This document shows positions 55,988 through 64,000 of a stretch of DNA of 64,000 nucleotides, piece by piece. Origin of the DNA: Candidatus Multivorans sp. (GTDB lineage: Bacteria; Acidobacteriota; Thermoanaerobaculia; Multivoradales; Multivoraceae); the NCBI GenBank assembly GCA_965216125.1, contig OZ244152.1, forward strand, positions 4,244,937 to 4,308,936, in the 5' to 3' direction. The notes beneath the pieces were generated by a model, which was not told where the DNA came from, ran no database searches, and saw only the letters and a program-made list of their open reading frames with translations. A program made the translations under genes and the position numbers. The stretch's first letter is position 1, and every line of letters starts with the position of its first letter.

Positions 55988-58963
55988 TTGCAGCAGAACC
56001 GAGAGGCGCTGCATGAAGCGGGCGGGCCAGAGTCGCGAAACGTCCGACGGCGCACCGACCTCGGCCGTGGTGTCCTCGCGATCGCCGGTCTGAGCAGTCT
56101 CGCATTGGCGCAGCCCACTTACGACCTGCTTCGCCGAACGCCCGAGTTCTTTGTCCTTCGGAACCTCTCGATGGGCGACCTCCTGGTCCTGGCCGCCCTG
56201 CTCGGGATCGTGCCGGCGCTCCTCCTCTCGGCGCCGGCCGCTGCGGCCCAGTTTCTCCGGCCGGCTTGGGTGCGACCGGCGGTAGCGGCGCCCGCCGGCC
56301 TGCTCACCGGAGTGATTGCGCTGCAGGCGGCCCGTGGTCTCCCGGCGGTCCCCGCCACGACCCTGGCCGTGCTCGCCTGCGCCGGTGTCGTTTGGGCCTA
56401 CGTTCGCTCTCCGGCAGTCCGTTTCTTCGGCCTTCTGCTGTCGGGCGCCACGATCTTCGTGCCGACGATCCTGGTGGTGGACGGCGATGTCCGCCGCGTC
56501 GTCGACAACTCACGCCAGCCGGTCGCGGTCGACGGCGCCGGCGCAAGGGCACCGATCGTTCTCGTGGTTTTCGACGAGTGGTCGGTGATCTCGATTCTCG
56601 ACTCCGAGGGCAGGATCGACCGGGACCGCTTTTCCAACCTGGCCCGGTTCGCCGACCGCGCCACCTGGTACCCGAACGCAACCGCCGCCTCGAACATGAC
56701 GACACACGCGGTGCCGGCGATGCTGACCGGCTTGATGCCCGAGCGGGGGCGGCTACCGATCGCGGCAGATCACCCGGTCAACCTGTTCACCCTGCTCGGC
56801 GCGAGCCATGACATCTTCGCCATGGAAACGTCCACCGCCCTCTGCCCACCAGACCTGAACCTGCTGCCGGGGCAACGTCCTTCCTTCTCCCAACGTTTCG
56901 GTCTGTTGATCGCCGATCTCAGCGTCGTGTGGCTCCGACTGACGCTGCCGAAGACATGGGCGGAGCGGCTCCCTCCGGTCACCGAAGCATGGAGCGGATT
57001 CAACTGGGGCGGATCGGGAGCGATGGCACCGGCAGCGAGCGATCAACTGGAGCGAGCGAGGTCCCATGCCCGAGGCGCCGAACGGGTAACCGACTATCGT
57101 CGCTTCCTCGACTCGATCGGAGCACCGGCGCGACGTCCACCCCTGTACTTCGTGCACACGTTGCTCCCTCATGCTCCCTGGCAGCATCTACCGTCCGGCC
57201 GGCCGTACCCGCTTACGAGGTTCCGCGGTCTCGACGAAGGGAACTGGACGACGGATCGCTGGGCGGTTCGCCATCATCGGAAGCGCTACCTGCTGCAGGT
57301 CGAGTTCATGGACCGACTGATCGGTGAGCTGATGACCAGACTGGAGTCCAACGATCTGTTCGATCAGAGCCTCATCGCAATCACCGCGGACCACGGCCTT
57401 TCCTTTCAGCCCGGCAGGTCGCGACGGCTCCCGGACCCAACCGACGCTTCCGGCAGTCAGGTCCTCGACTTGGTCGCGGTACCCCTGATCATCAAGGCTC
57501 CGTTCCAGGACCGGGCACAGATCGACGACAGCCCGGTCTCGCTGGTGGACCTGACACCGCGCATACTCGAACTCGCGGGGGCGAACATTTGGACCGCGCC
57601 GCGCCGGACCACGAACAACGCCGAACCTCTGCTGTTCGGCCGCCACGCGGACGGAATTGAGATTCCGGCCGACCGCGCTCCCTGGCGTCGCGCCCGACTC
57701 GCGGAGCAGCGCGAGTTGCTGGGTGAGTCGAACGACGCGATGGCGATCGGGACAGTACCCGAGTTGTACGGCCGGCCGCTCTCCGAACTGCCGCTACGCG
57801 GCGGCAACGTGCGCGTTCTACTCGATTCCGCCGACCAGTGGAACGATGTCGACGTAGAGGCGACGATGCTGCCAGCGCTGGTCGAAGCCGCCTTCGTGGA
57901 TCACGATCCCCCTGCCGACCGCTCCGTCGTCGTGGCGCTCAACGGCATCGTGGCGGATTCGGTTCGCCCTCAACGTCGCCCGTCCGGCAGGAGCGGTTTC
58001 ACGGCAGTGCTTCCCGAAACCCTGTTCCGACCTGGCCGCAACCAGATCGAGCTCTTCCTGGTCTCGGATCGGGGAGACAGACTGGAACTCGAACGCCTCC
58101 AACCTCCGCAGGCCTTCGACTACAGAGCGGATCCCGAGTACCTCTATGAGGTGCACCGGGACAGTGCGGGCAGGATCAAGGAACTGCGTCGTCGTCCCGC
58201 CAGCGAACCGGCCCTGGCCTCCGAGACGTTTCCCGTGCGTCCGAATTCTCGTCAACTGCGCGGACACCTGGAGGCGACCGTGCCCCAGCGGTCCGCTGCG
58301 ATGGGAAGGCGTCGGCACTTTCAACTCAGTGGCTGGGGGTTCGACCGGGCCAACCCCGGGCAGCCCAACACGGTGGTCACCATGGTCGGAGGCGCCGACG
58401 TGAGAGCCTTCACCGGACCCGCGCTCAAGTACGACTCCTTCTCGCTTCGACTCGAGGTGGATCGGCGCCTCGTCGAGCGGGAGGGCATCGTGGCCTTCGC
58501 CGTCGGTCACCGGGGCGTAGCCACTCGACTCCGCTTCTCCTACCAGGCCCTGGAGCGTGAGAGCGGCGGCAGCGAAATCATGCCCATTTCAGACGGTCGT
58601 CGACTGGTGGTGCAGCCCACCGGAAACGGTTTCGACGGCGCGGTCGACTCGGTCGTCGCGGTCGCAAAGCGTAGCCAGGTCCACGGCTGGGCTGCTGATC
58701 TCGAGCGAGGCGAACCGCCGCGCCAGATCGTCGTCTATCGCGACGGCAAGTTCCTGAACACCCTGGGGCGCGGTAACCGGGAGCGTCCGGACGTGGCTGA
58801 GCACTTCGACGACCCCCGCCTCCTGCGGACCGGCTTCCGGGGTGAAGTCATGGACGGGCCCCTTCCGTCGGTCTTCACCCAGCGTCACAGGGTGTTCGCG
58901 GTGATGCAGCGGGGCGTAGCCGTGGAACTGCGGGTCCTCTCGCCTCCCGGCCCCGGAGGTTGA
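55988..58963 (+). CDS. Multi-TM sulfatase-like (alkaline-phosphatase superfamily) transferase with a roughly 480-aa C-terminal extension of three related segments
   Basis: About 5 N-terminal TM helices, then VVFDEWSV, HTLLPHAPW and ITADHGLSF (sulfatase/LtaS-like metal and nucleophile region). Start uncertain (TTG 55988, TTG 56105 or ATG 56171). Confidence 0.6.
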   Translation: MQQNREALHEAGGPESRNVRRRTDLGRGVLAIAGLSSLALAQPTYDLLRRTPEFFVLRNLSMGDLLVLAALLGIVPALLLSAPAAAAQFLRPAWVRPAVAAPAGLLTGVIALQAARGLPAVPATTLAVLACAGVVWAYVRSPAVRFFGLLLSGATIFVPTILVVDGDVRRVVDNSRQPVAVDGAGARAPIVLVVFDEWSVISILDSEGRIDRDRFSNLARFADRATWYPNATAASNMTTHAVPAMLTGLMPERGRLPIAADHPVNLFTLLGASHDIFAMETSTALCPPDLNLLPGQRPSFSQRFGLLIADLSVVWLRLTLPKTWAERLPPVTEAWSGFNWGGSGAMAPAASDQLERARSHARGAERVTDYRRFLDSIGAPARRPPLYFVHTLLPHAPWQHLPSGRPYPLTRFRGLDEGNWTTDRWAVRHHRKRYLLQVEFMDRLIGELMTRLESNDLFDQSLIAITADHGLSFQPGRSRRLPDPTDASGSQVLDLVAVPLIIKAPFQDRAQIDDSPVSLVDLTPRILELAGANIWTAPRRTTNNAEPLLFGRHADGIEIPADRAPWRRARLAEQRELLGESNDAMAIGTVPELYGRPLSELPLRGGNVRVLLDSADQWNDVDVEATMLPALVEAAFVDHDPPADRSVVVALNGIVADSVRPQRRPSGRSGFTAVLPETLFRPGRNQIELFLVSDRGDRLELERLQPPQAFDYRADPEYLYEVHRDSAGRIKELRRRPASEPALASETFPVRPNSRQLRGHLEATVPQRSAAMGRRRHFQLSGWGFDRANPGQPNTVVTMVGGADVRAFTGPALKYDSFSLRLEVDRRLVEREGIVAFAVGHRGVATRLRFSYQALERESGGSEIMPISDGRRLVVQPTGNGFDGAVDSVVAVAKRSQVHGWAADLERGEPPRQIVVYRDGKFLNTLGRGNRERPDVAEHFDDPRLLRTGFRGEVMDGPLPSVFTQRHRVFAVMQRGVAVELRVLSPPGPGG

Positions 58964-58994
58964 GCACGGCCCGCGGCTGCGCGTCGGAGCGACC

Positions 58995-60473
58995 CTAGCA
59001 GCCCGTGGCGGAAGTCCCGGTTCGGGGATGTTCGCGGTGCGCGACGGGGTCGGCGCTGGGAGGTAGCTCGATCAAGTAGAGGAATGGCGATTGGGTTCAG
59101 ATGGCCAAATTGGGGTGCTGTTTCGCCATCAGGCGGGTTCCGAGAGCGCTCAGACGCAGCCGGAAGCGGCGAAGCAGGGCGAGCAGGGTCTGGCGCCTGC
59201 TTTGGAGGCTTCGAGGAGTGCCGAAGCCGACGATGTGGCGCATCAAGAGCCCGAGGTTGCACGCGCTGGCGTGAAGGAGCACTCGCTTGAGGATGTTCGA
59301 GCGACCGCGCAGATGCACGCGGCGCATGCCGCCGGTCTCGTACTGGTGAGCGAAGGGCCGCTCGAGCCGTTCCCCTCGCTGGCGCTGCATCCGCTTGCCG
59401 CGATTGCCTCGGATCCGGCGGCGGTTCGCGTACACGATGGCCTGCAGCTCCTTCTTGCCCTTCCAGCGACGGCGACCGCGGTCCGGTTCCGCGATGTAGC
59501 TGCGAAGGCCCAGTTCGTCGATGTCCGCGAGAACGTCGTTGCTGTGGTACCCCTTGTCGGCAACGACCTCCTCGATCGCGGCTTCGTCCGCGGTCACGGA
59601 CGACACCTGCTCGAAGGCCTCCTCCAGCGTTTCGTGAAACGACTCCGTGTCGCCCTTCGCTCCGCCCTGAACCGACACCCCCACGATCGTCCCGTGCTCG
59701 AGGTCCACCGCCTGCTCCGCCTTGTAGGCAAGGTGCGTGCGGCCATCCTTCATCTTGGTGATCTGCGCATCCGGGTCGTGCGGATTCTCCCACTCCTCGT
59801 TCGACAGCTTCTTCTTGCGCTTGCGGTCGAAACGGGCCAGCTCGGCCCGCGTCGGCGTCTCTACCCCCGACGCCTCCGCCAGACCGCGCACGAACGTCTC
59901 GTAGTCGTCGCCGCTGTCGCGACGCACGATGCTACGCAACGCCGCGTTCGCCTCCAGCGTCGTCGCGTCCACGCCCACCGTCTTGCCCGACAACAGACCC
60001 GACTCCGCCAGACGACGAAGCACCCATGAAAACACACGCCGGTGAGACTCCACATCGATGCGCCGGCGCGTCCGCGAAATCGTCGAATGATCCGGCGCCG
60101 CCTCACTCAGGCCCAATCCCAGGAAGCGGCGAATGCTCAGAGAATCCTGAGCCCGCCAGGCGATCGCGCGCTCCGAATCCAAACCCTCGAAGTACCCCAA
60201 CAGCAGCAAGCGAAAGTACCGCCCCGGCGCCAGACTCGGACGCCCTATGCGCTCCGCATAGAACCGCGAACACTCCGACTCCGCGAACTCGTCGAACCCG
60301 CTGGATTCCAGAATCCCGTTCAACCGCTCGTAGAACGGGTGCCCCGCGCTTCGAGGCAGATCACCTGCCGACACCCACAGAGGCTCCTGACCGCTGCTTC
60401 TACTCTTCTTGCCCATAGACATGCTTCTATCCTACGCGAGCGCAGAGAACCGACTTTCACCACGGGCTGCTAG
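58995..60473 (-). mobile_element. IS element, IS5/IS1182 type, apparently intact
   Basis: Imperfect terminal inverted repeats: CAGCCCGTGGCGGAAGTCCCGGTTC at 58999, and the reverse complement of 60469 reads CAGCCCGTGGTGAAAGTCGGTTC. Flanked by CTAG at 58995-58998 and 60470-60473. Single transposase ORF. Confidence 0.8.
59097..60422 (-). CDS. DDE transposase (DUF772-like N-terminus plus IS4/IS5-type DDE domain)
   Basis: 441 aa with HPFYERLN...GRPSLAPGRYFRLLLLGYFEGLDSER...PDHSTISRTRRR, VGVDATTLEANAA, VVADKGYHSND and ERPFAH. Confidence 0.85.
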   Translation of the reverse strand: MSMGKKSRSSGQEPLWVSAGDLPRSAGHPFYERLNGILESSGFDEFAESECSRFYAERIGRPSLAPGRYFRLLLLGYFEGLDSERAIAWRAQDSLSIRRFLGLGLSEAAPDHSTISRTRRRIDVESHRRVFSWVLRRLAESGLLSGKTVGVDATTLEANAALRSIVRRDSGDDYETFVRGLAEASGVETPTRAELARFDRKRKKKLSNEEWENPHDPDAQITKMKDGRTHLAYKAEQAVDLEHGTIVGVSVQGGAKGDTESFHETLEEAFEQVSSVTADEAAIEEVVADKGYHSNDVLADIDELGLRSYIAEPDRGRRRWKGKKELQAIVYANRRRIRGNRGKRMQRQRGERLERPFAHQYETGGMRRVHLRGRSNILKRVLLHASACNLGLLMRHIVGFGTPRSLQSRRQTLLALLRRFRLRLSALGTRLMAKQHPNLAI

Positions 60474-61777
60474 GCGGGACGCACGCCGATCAGCGCGTAG
60501 TCACGGTGGCCGTACAGGAGGTCGTCGAGTTCGTCGCGGAGACGGTTGAGGCGGTCCGCCAGTTCCCGGGTCTGACCGTCCAACCCATCGAGTGAGATCT
60601 CCGGCAGGCGCTCCTCTTCAGGGTAGGGCCGCAGTTCGAACTGTTCGATGCCGGCAAACCCGGCGCTCTCGTAGCTGGCGCGCAGCGTCTCCGGGTGAAC
60701 CGGCCGCACGTGCGTCGGATCGAGCCAGAAGCTGCGCGCGGTCACGGAAACCGAAAGCGGATTCGGCGTCTCGAGCAGCAGAAGCCCCCCAGGGCGAAGG
60801 GCCGCGAAGGCGAGCCGGACGAGGCGGTCGACGGCGTCCGGCGCCAGGTGCTCGATCACGTGAAAGGACACGATTCCACCTACGGATCCGGGCTCGACGC
60901 CGGCCAGGGCCTCCGGCAGACCGCCCTGCTCGACTTGAAGGCCCTGCTGGGAACAGCGGCGCACCATGGCAGCCGAGGAATCGATGCCACGACACTCGAC
61001 TCCCTCCTCCCGGAGGAAGGCCAGCGCCTCCCCGCGGCCGCAACCGAGGTCCAGGACCGGCGACGCCTCGCGCAGCCGCGGCAGATAGACCTGAATGCGC
61101 TGCCGGATTTCCTCCTCGCCGCCGCGGAAGCGGTGCTCGAACGTCAGGTAGGAGGCATCGTCGACGATGGACCGCAACGTCCCCGCCGCCTCCTCGCCTC
61201 CCCTGGCCAAAGCCGATCGCAGGAGACCGGCGAGTTCGTCCGCTTCGCGGCGGTACCGGTCCAGCTTGCGGTCGACGCGACCGAACAGCGCGTCATCATG
61301 ACGCATGACTTCGTCCAGGCCCTGGCGCAGGAAGTTCTCCAGGTGACTGGCCCGCCGATCCAGTTCCCCGAGCCGCTGCTCGAAGATCCGGTTGACCTCC
61401 CCCTGGTGATGCCGCCACTCCCGAAGCTGCTGGACGTGGCCCAACAGGATGAGGTTGAAGACCCGCTGGCGCTCCCAGAGGTCCTTCTGGGGCAGGTGGA
61501 CGAAGGGACGCAGCAGCCGCTTGAAAGCCACCAGAAACCGCCCGGCAAGGCCGCGGTGGCTGCGAATGGGGAACGGAATGTCCCGATCCCAGAGGTGGCG
61601 CCAATCCTCGAGACGATGGGTCGGCCGATCCCCAAGGAAGTCTTCGACTTCCGGCAGCCCAAGGAAGTCTCCGACTTCCGGGGGCCCAAGGAAGTCTTCG
61701 ACTTCCGGGGGTCCGCTGTCTTGGCCCACCCCTTCACCGTCCGCGCCGACGGCCTCCTCGGGCGCCCCGTCGAGCAC
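60470..61777 (-). CDS. Class I SAM-dependent methyltransferase with a long N-terminal coiled region
   Basis: FEHRFRGGEEEIRQRIQVYL, VLDLGCGRGEALAFL, HVIEHL, LLLETPNP and FWLDPTHVRP. GTG 61777 follows GAGG; the track TTG start at 61834 would overlap rplI. Confidence 0.75.
   Translation of the reverse strand: MLDGAPEEAVGADGEGVGQDSGPPEVEDFLGPPEVGDFLGLPEVEDFLGDRPTHRLEDWRHLWDRDIPFPIRSHRGLAGRFLVAFKRLLRPFVHLPQKDLWERQRVFNLILLGHVQQLREWRHHQGEVNRIFEQRLGELDRRASHLENFLRQGLDEVMRHDDALFGRVDRKLDRYRREADELAGLLRSALARGGEEAAGTLRSIVDDASYLTFEHRFRGGEEEIRQRIQVYLPRLREASPVLDLGCGRGEALAFLREEGVECRGIDSSAAMVRRCSQQGLQVEQGGLPEALAGVEPGSVGGIVSFHVIEHLAPDAVDRLVRLAFAALRPGGLLLLETPNPLSVSVTARSFWLDPTHVRPVHPETLRASYESAGFAGIEQFELRPYPEEERLPEISLDGLDGQTRELADRLNRLRDELDDLLYGHRDYALIGVRPA
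61631..61711 (-). repeat. 3 x 27-bp in-frame tandem repeat (PPEVEDFLG x3) in the methyltransferase N-terminus
   Basis: Units at 61631-61657, 61658-61684 and 61685-61711, differing by 1-4 nt. Confidence 0.9.
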
Positions 61778-61796
61778 GTCTGCCTCGCTGGAGACC

Positions 61797-62243
61797 TCAG
61801 GTCTCAGGCACGACCTCGACGGCAACTTCGGCAATCACTTCCGTGTGGAGGTCGACCCGCACGACATGATCACCCAAACTCTTGATGCCGCCCGACAGGT
61901 CCACCATGCGGCGATGGACCTGAACGCCCTTGGCTGCGAGCGCCTCGGTCACTTCCGTCGGAGTGACCGAGCCGTAGAGAGTTCCCGACTCGCTGGCCCG
62001 CTTGGCGATTTTGAGCTTCACGGCGGCAAGTGCGGCCGAGATCTCGGCGGCAGCCGAGCGCTCCGCCGCGTGCCGGGCGTCGAACTTCGACCGCTGCGAC
62101 TCGAACCAGTGCCGGTTCGACACCGTGGACGGCGCGGCCAGCTCCCTCGGATACAGGTAGTTCCGTGCGTAGCCGGGCTTCACGTCGACGACTGCGCCGC
62201 GCCCACCGAGCCCCCTCATGTCCTGAAGCAGGATGACTTCCAT
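61797..62243 (-). CDS. rplI: 50S ribosomal protein L9
   Basis: MEVILLQDMRGLGGRGAVVDVKPGYARNYLYP. Alternative TTG start at 62255. Confidence 0.95.
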   Translation of the reverse strand: MEVILLQDMRGLGGRGAVVDVKPGYARNYLYPRELAAPSTVSNRHWFESQRSKFDARHAAERSAAAEISAALAAVKLKIAKRASESGTLYGSVTPTEVTEALAAKGVQVHRRMVDLSGGIKSLGDHVVRVDLHTEVIAEVAVEVVPET

Positions 62244-62259
62244 CTCTCGTTCCAACCGT

Positions 62260-62490
62260 TCAGTCAGCGGTGTACGGAATCAGGGCCAGGAACCGCGCAC
62301 GCCGGATGGCGCGAGCCAGCATTCTCTGGTGCCGGGAGGAGTTGCCCGAGATTCTGCGGGGGAGCACCTTGGCCCTTTCCGGAACGAAGGGCCGCAGCGT
62401 CGCGATGTCCTTGTAGTCGATGTACTCGATCCCATCAACGGTGAACTTGCACACCTTCCGGCGGCGGAAAAAGGTCTTGCGTTTTGGCAT
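62260..62490 (-). CDS. rpsR: 30S ribosomal protein S18
   Basis: [10 protein letters not shown]...IDYKD...[17 protein letters not shown]...[19 protein letters not shown]. Confidence 0.95.
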   Translation of the reverse strand: MPKRKTFFRRRKVCKFTVDGIEYIDYKDIATLRPFVPERAKVLPRRISGNSSRHQRMLARAIRRARFLALIPYTAD

Positions 62491-62504
62491 TTCTTGATTC
62501 TCCC

Positions 62505-62873
62505 CTAGCTGGCGGTCTCGGCGAAAACCGTCGACTCAACGGGCACCTTGCCCTTGCTTGCCGCGCGCTTCAGATCAAGGTCCGTCCGCACCACCAAGTG
62601 ACGCAGGACGCGCTCGTTTTGAAGCATACGCTGTCCGACCTCGGCAAGGCCGTTGTCGCCTCCGTCGGACTCCAGGTAGTAGATGTGGTACCGCCCCTCG
62701 GTGAACTTCCGGATCGGGTAGGCGAGCCGTCGCTTTCCCCAGGATTCCTCCTGGGTGATCCGGGTCTTGCCCTCCGCCACAAGCATCACGGCAAAGCCGT
62801 CGCTCAACTGCACCGCCTCCTCGTCCGAGAGGCGTGGGTCCGCAATAAAGACCAGTTCGTATGTTCGTGTCAA
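62505..62873 (-). CDS. rpsF: 30S ribosomal protein S6
   Basis: TTG 62873 follows GAGGA at a 7-nt spacing and gives [13 protein letters not shown]...[10 protein letters not shown]. The track ORF's upstream extension is unlikely to be real. Confidence 0.9.
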   Translation of the reverse strand: MTRTYELVFIADPRLSDEEAVQLSDGFAVMLVAEGKTRITQEESWGKRRLAYPIRKFTEGRYHIYYLESDGGDNGLAEVGQRMLQNERVLRHLVVRTDLDLKRAASKGKVPVESTVFAETAS

Positions 62874-63003
62874 TCGTTCATCCTCGGTGCGGCGGTCGCG
62901 GTGGGTCGAAGACGGAGGGCGAGGTTTGTCCGCGAGCGCATGGTCATGTTCGTTGGCGCCCAAACCGCAACGAATCGGCGGCGGAATCTATCACGCTCAT
63001 CCC

Positions 63004-64000
63004 TCATAGGACGAGCAGGGGCGCGATGACCAGGGACACCACGGACATCAGCTTGATCAGAATGTTCAGGCTCGGGCCGGCGGTGTCCTTGAACGGATCG
63101 CCCACCGTATCCCCAACCACCGCCGCCTTGTGCGCGTCCGAACCCTTGCCGCCATGGGCGCCGGCCTCGATGTACTTCTTCGCGTTGTCCCAGGCGCCAC
63201 CGGCATTGGACATGAAGATCGCGAGCAGGACGCCGCCTGCCGTGACACCGGCAAGCACGCCCGCCAACGCCTCGACATCGTAGAAGCCGACCGCGACCGG
63301 GACCAGGATGGCAAGCAGACCCGGCGCGACCATCTGCCGGAGTGCCGCCGCGGTGGAAATGTCCACGCAACGGGCGTAGTCCGCTTTCGCCTTCCCCTCC
63401 ATCAGACCGGGAATTGTGCGGAACTGGCGCCGCACCTCCTCGATCATCTCGAAGGCCGCCTTGCCCACGGCCTTCATGGCCATCGACGAGAACAGGAAGG
63501 GCAGCATGACGCCGATGAACAGGCCGCACATCACGCGCGGGTTCACCAGGTCCATGCCCTCCAGACCGACGGTGGTCCGGAACGCCGCGAACAGCACCAG
63601 GGCGGTCAGCGCCGCCGAGCCGATCGCGAAACCCTTGCCGATCGCGGCTGTCGTGTTGCCGACCGCGTCCAGCTTGTCGGTCCGCGCCCGAACCTCGGCG
63701 CCCAGATGGCTCATCTCGGCGATGCCGCCGGCGTTGTCGGCAACCGGTCCGTAGGCGTCTACGGCAAGCTGGATTCCGGTCGTCGACAGCATGCCCAGGG
63801 CCGCGATCGCGATGCCGTAGAGACCCGCCTGAGCGTGGGCCACCAGGACCGCGGCGACCAGAACGACGATCGGAAGCGCCGTCGACTGCATGCCGACGGC
63901 CAGACCGCCGATGATGTTCGTGGCACTACCGGTCAGGCTGTCCTTGGCGATGCTCTGTGCCGGCGCCTTCGACTCGGAGGTGTAGTACTGCGTGATCAAG
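63004..64000 (-). CDS. hppA: Membrane-bound proton-translocating pyrophosphatase, C-terminal part (gene runs off the window end)
   Basis: [34 protein letters not shown] and many TM segments. Confidence 0.9.
   Translation of the reverse strand, partial: LITQYYTSESKAPAQSIAKDSLTGSATNIIGGLAVGMQSTALPIVVLVAAVLVAHAQAGLYGIAIAALGMLSTTGIQLAVDAYGPVADNAGGIAEMSHLGAEVRARTDKLDAVGNTTAAIGKGFAIGSAALTALVLFAAFRTTVGLEGMDLVNPRVMCGLFIGVMLPFLFSSMAMKAVGKAAFEMIEEVRRQFRTIPGLMEGKAKADYARCVDISTAAALRQMVAPGLLAILVPVAVGFYDVEALAGVLAGVTAGGVLLAIFMSNAGGAWDNAKKYIEAGAHGGKGSDAHKAAVVGDTVGDPFKDTAGPSLNILIKLMSVVSLVIAPLLVL

Noticed and set aside
53567-58963. 1798-aa plus-strand ORF, the longest in the track
   Set aside because: Its first 2.4 kb run in an alternative frame over PBP1A (53508-55985) and translate to Arg/Pro/Gly-rich low-complexity sequence, typical of high-GC shadow frames. 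Only the part after the PBP1A stop (from about 55988) has TM helices and sulfatase-like motifs.
62874-63003. Possible S6:S18-binding autoregulatory leader upstream of rpsF (imperfect hairpin TTCGTTG...CAACGAA around 62950-62975, minus strand)
   Set aside because: I cannot recall the motif consensus well enough to verify it by eye, and the hairpin is imperfect. It needs a cmsearch against Rfam ribosomal leader models.

Overview
High-GC (roughly 68-70%) chromosomal segment from a diderm (Gram-negative-type) bacterium; I cannot name the taxon from sequence alone. The window is mostly housekeeping genes packed into long same-strand operons, many joined by 4-nt ATGA/GTGA stop-start overlaps. Main blocks: (1) 1-13449, minus strand: PP0621-like small protein, priA, recJ, a 767-aa LptC/LptA-like fusion, lptB, rpoN, ptsN, rapZ, EIIA(Man-type), ptsH, ptsI, miaB (partial). 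(2) carD, tRNA-Leu(CAA) with two tandem partial copies of its own 3' half, a TolC-like gene, purC, alr-dnaB. (3) A hypothetical outer-membrane-like protein, an enoyl-CoA hydratase, feoAB, a tRNA Gly-Cys-Leu operon, yraN, cysS, a cohesin-like lipoprotein, def. (4) A consensus sigma-54 promoter in front of a 760-aa secreted FecR-like, Trp-rich protein with a basic tail carrying 3 x 51-bp repeats, then thiE-lspA-rluD, a bactofilin and tRNA-Gly(CCC). (5) GYF-AIM24 fusion, glutaminyl cyclase, MscS, and a 1145-aa orphan multi-TM histidine kinase. (6) recG-GT4-scpA-scpB-rluB-cmk, ldcA, rnpB, uvrC, uvrB. (7) PBP1A followed by a 991-aa sulfatase-like membrane protein, an IS5/IS1182-type IS with inverted repeats and CTAG flanks, a methyltransferase with 3 x 27-bp repeats, rplI-rpsR-rpsF and a partial hppA. 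No CRISPR array, prophage or recognisable defence system was seen. The candidates most worth follow-up are the sigma-54-driven secreted-protein locus, the fused Lpt bridge protein, a double-hairpin repeat family showing compensatory changes, the tRNA-Leu remnant array and the PBP1A-linked envelope locus. All calls come from by-eye motif recognition; no database search was run.
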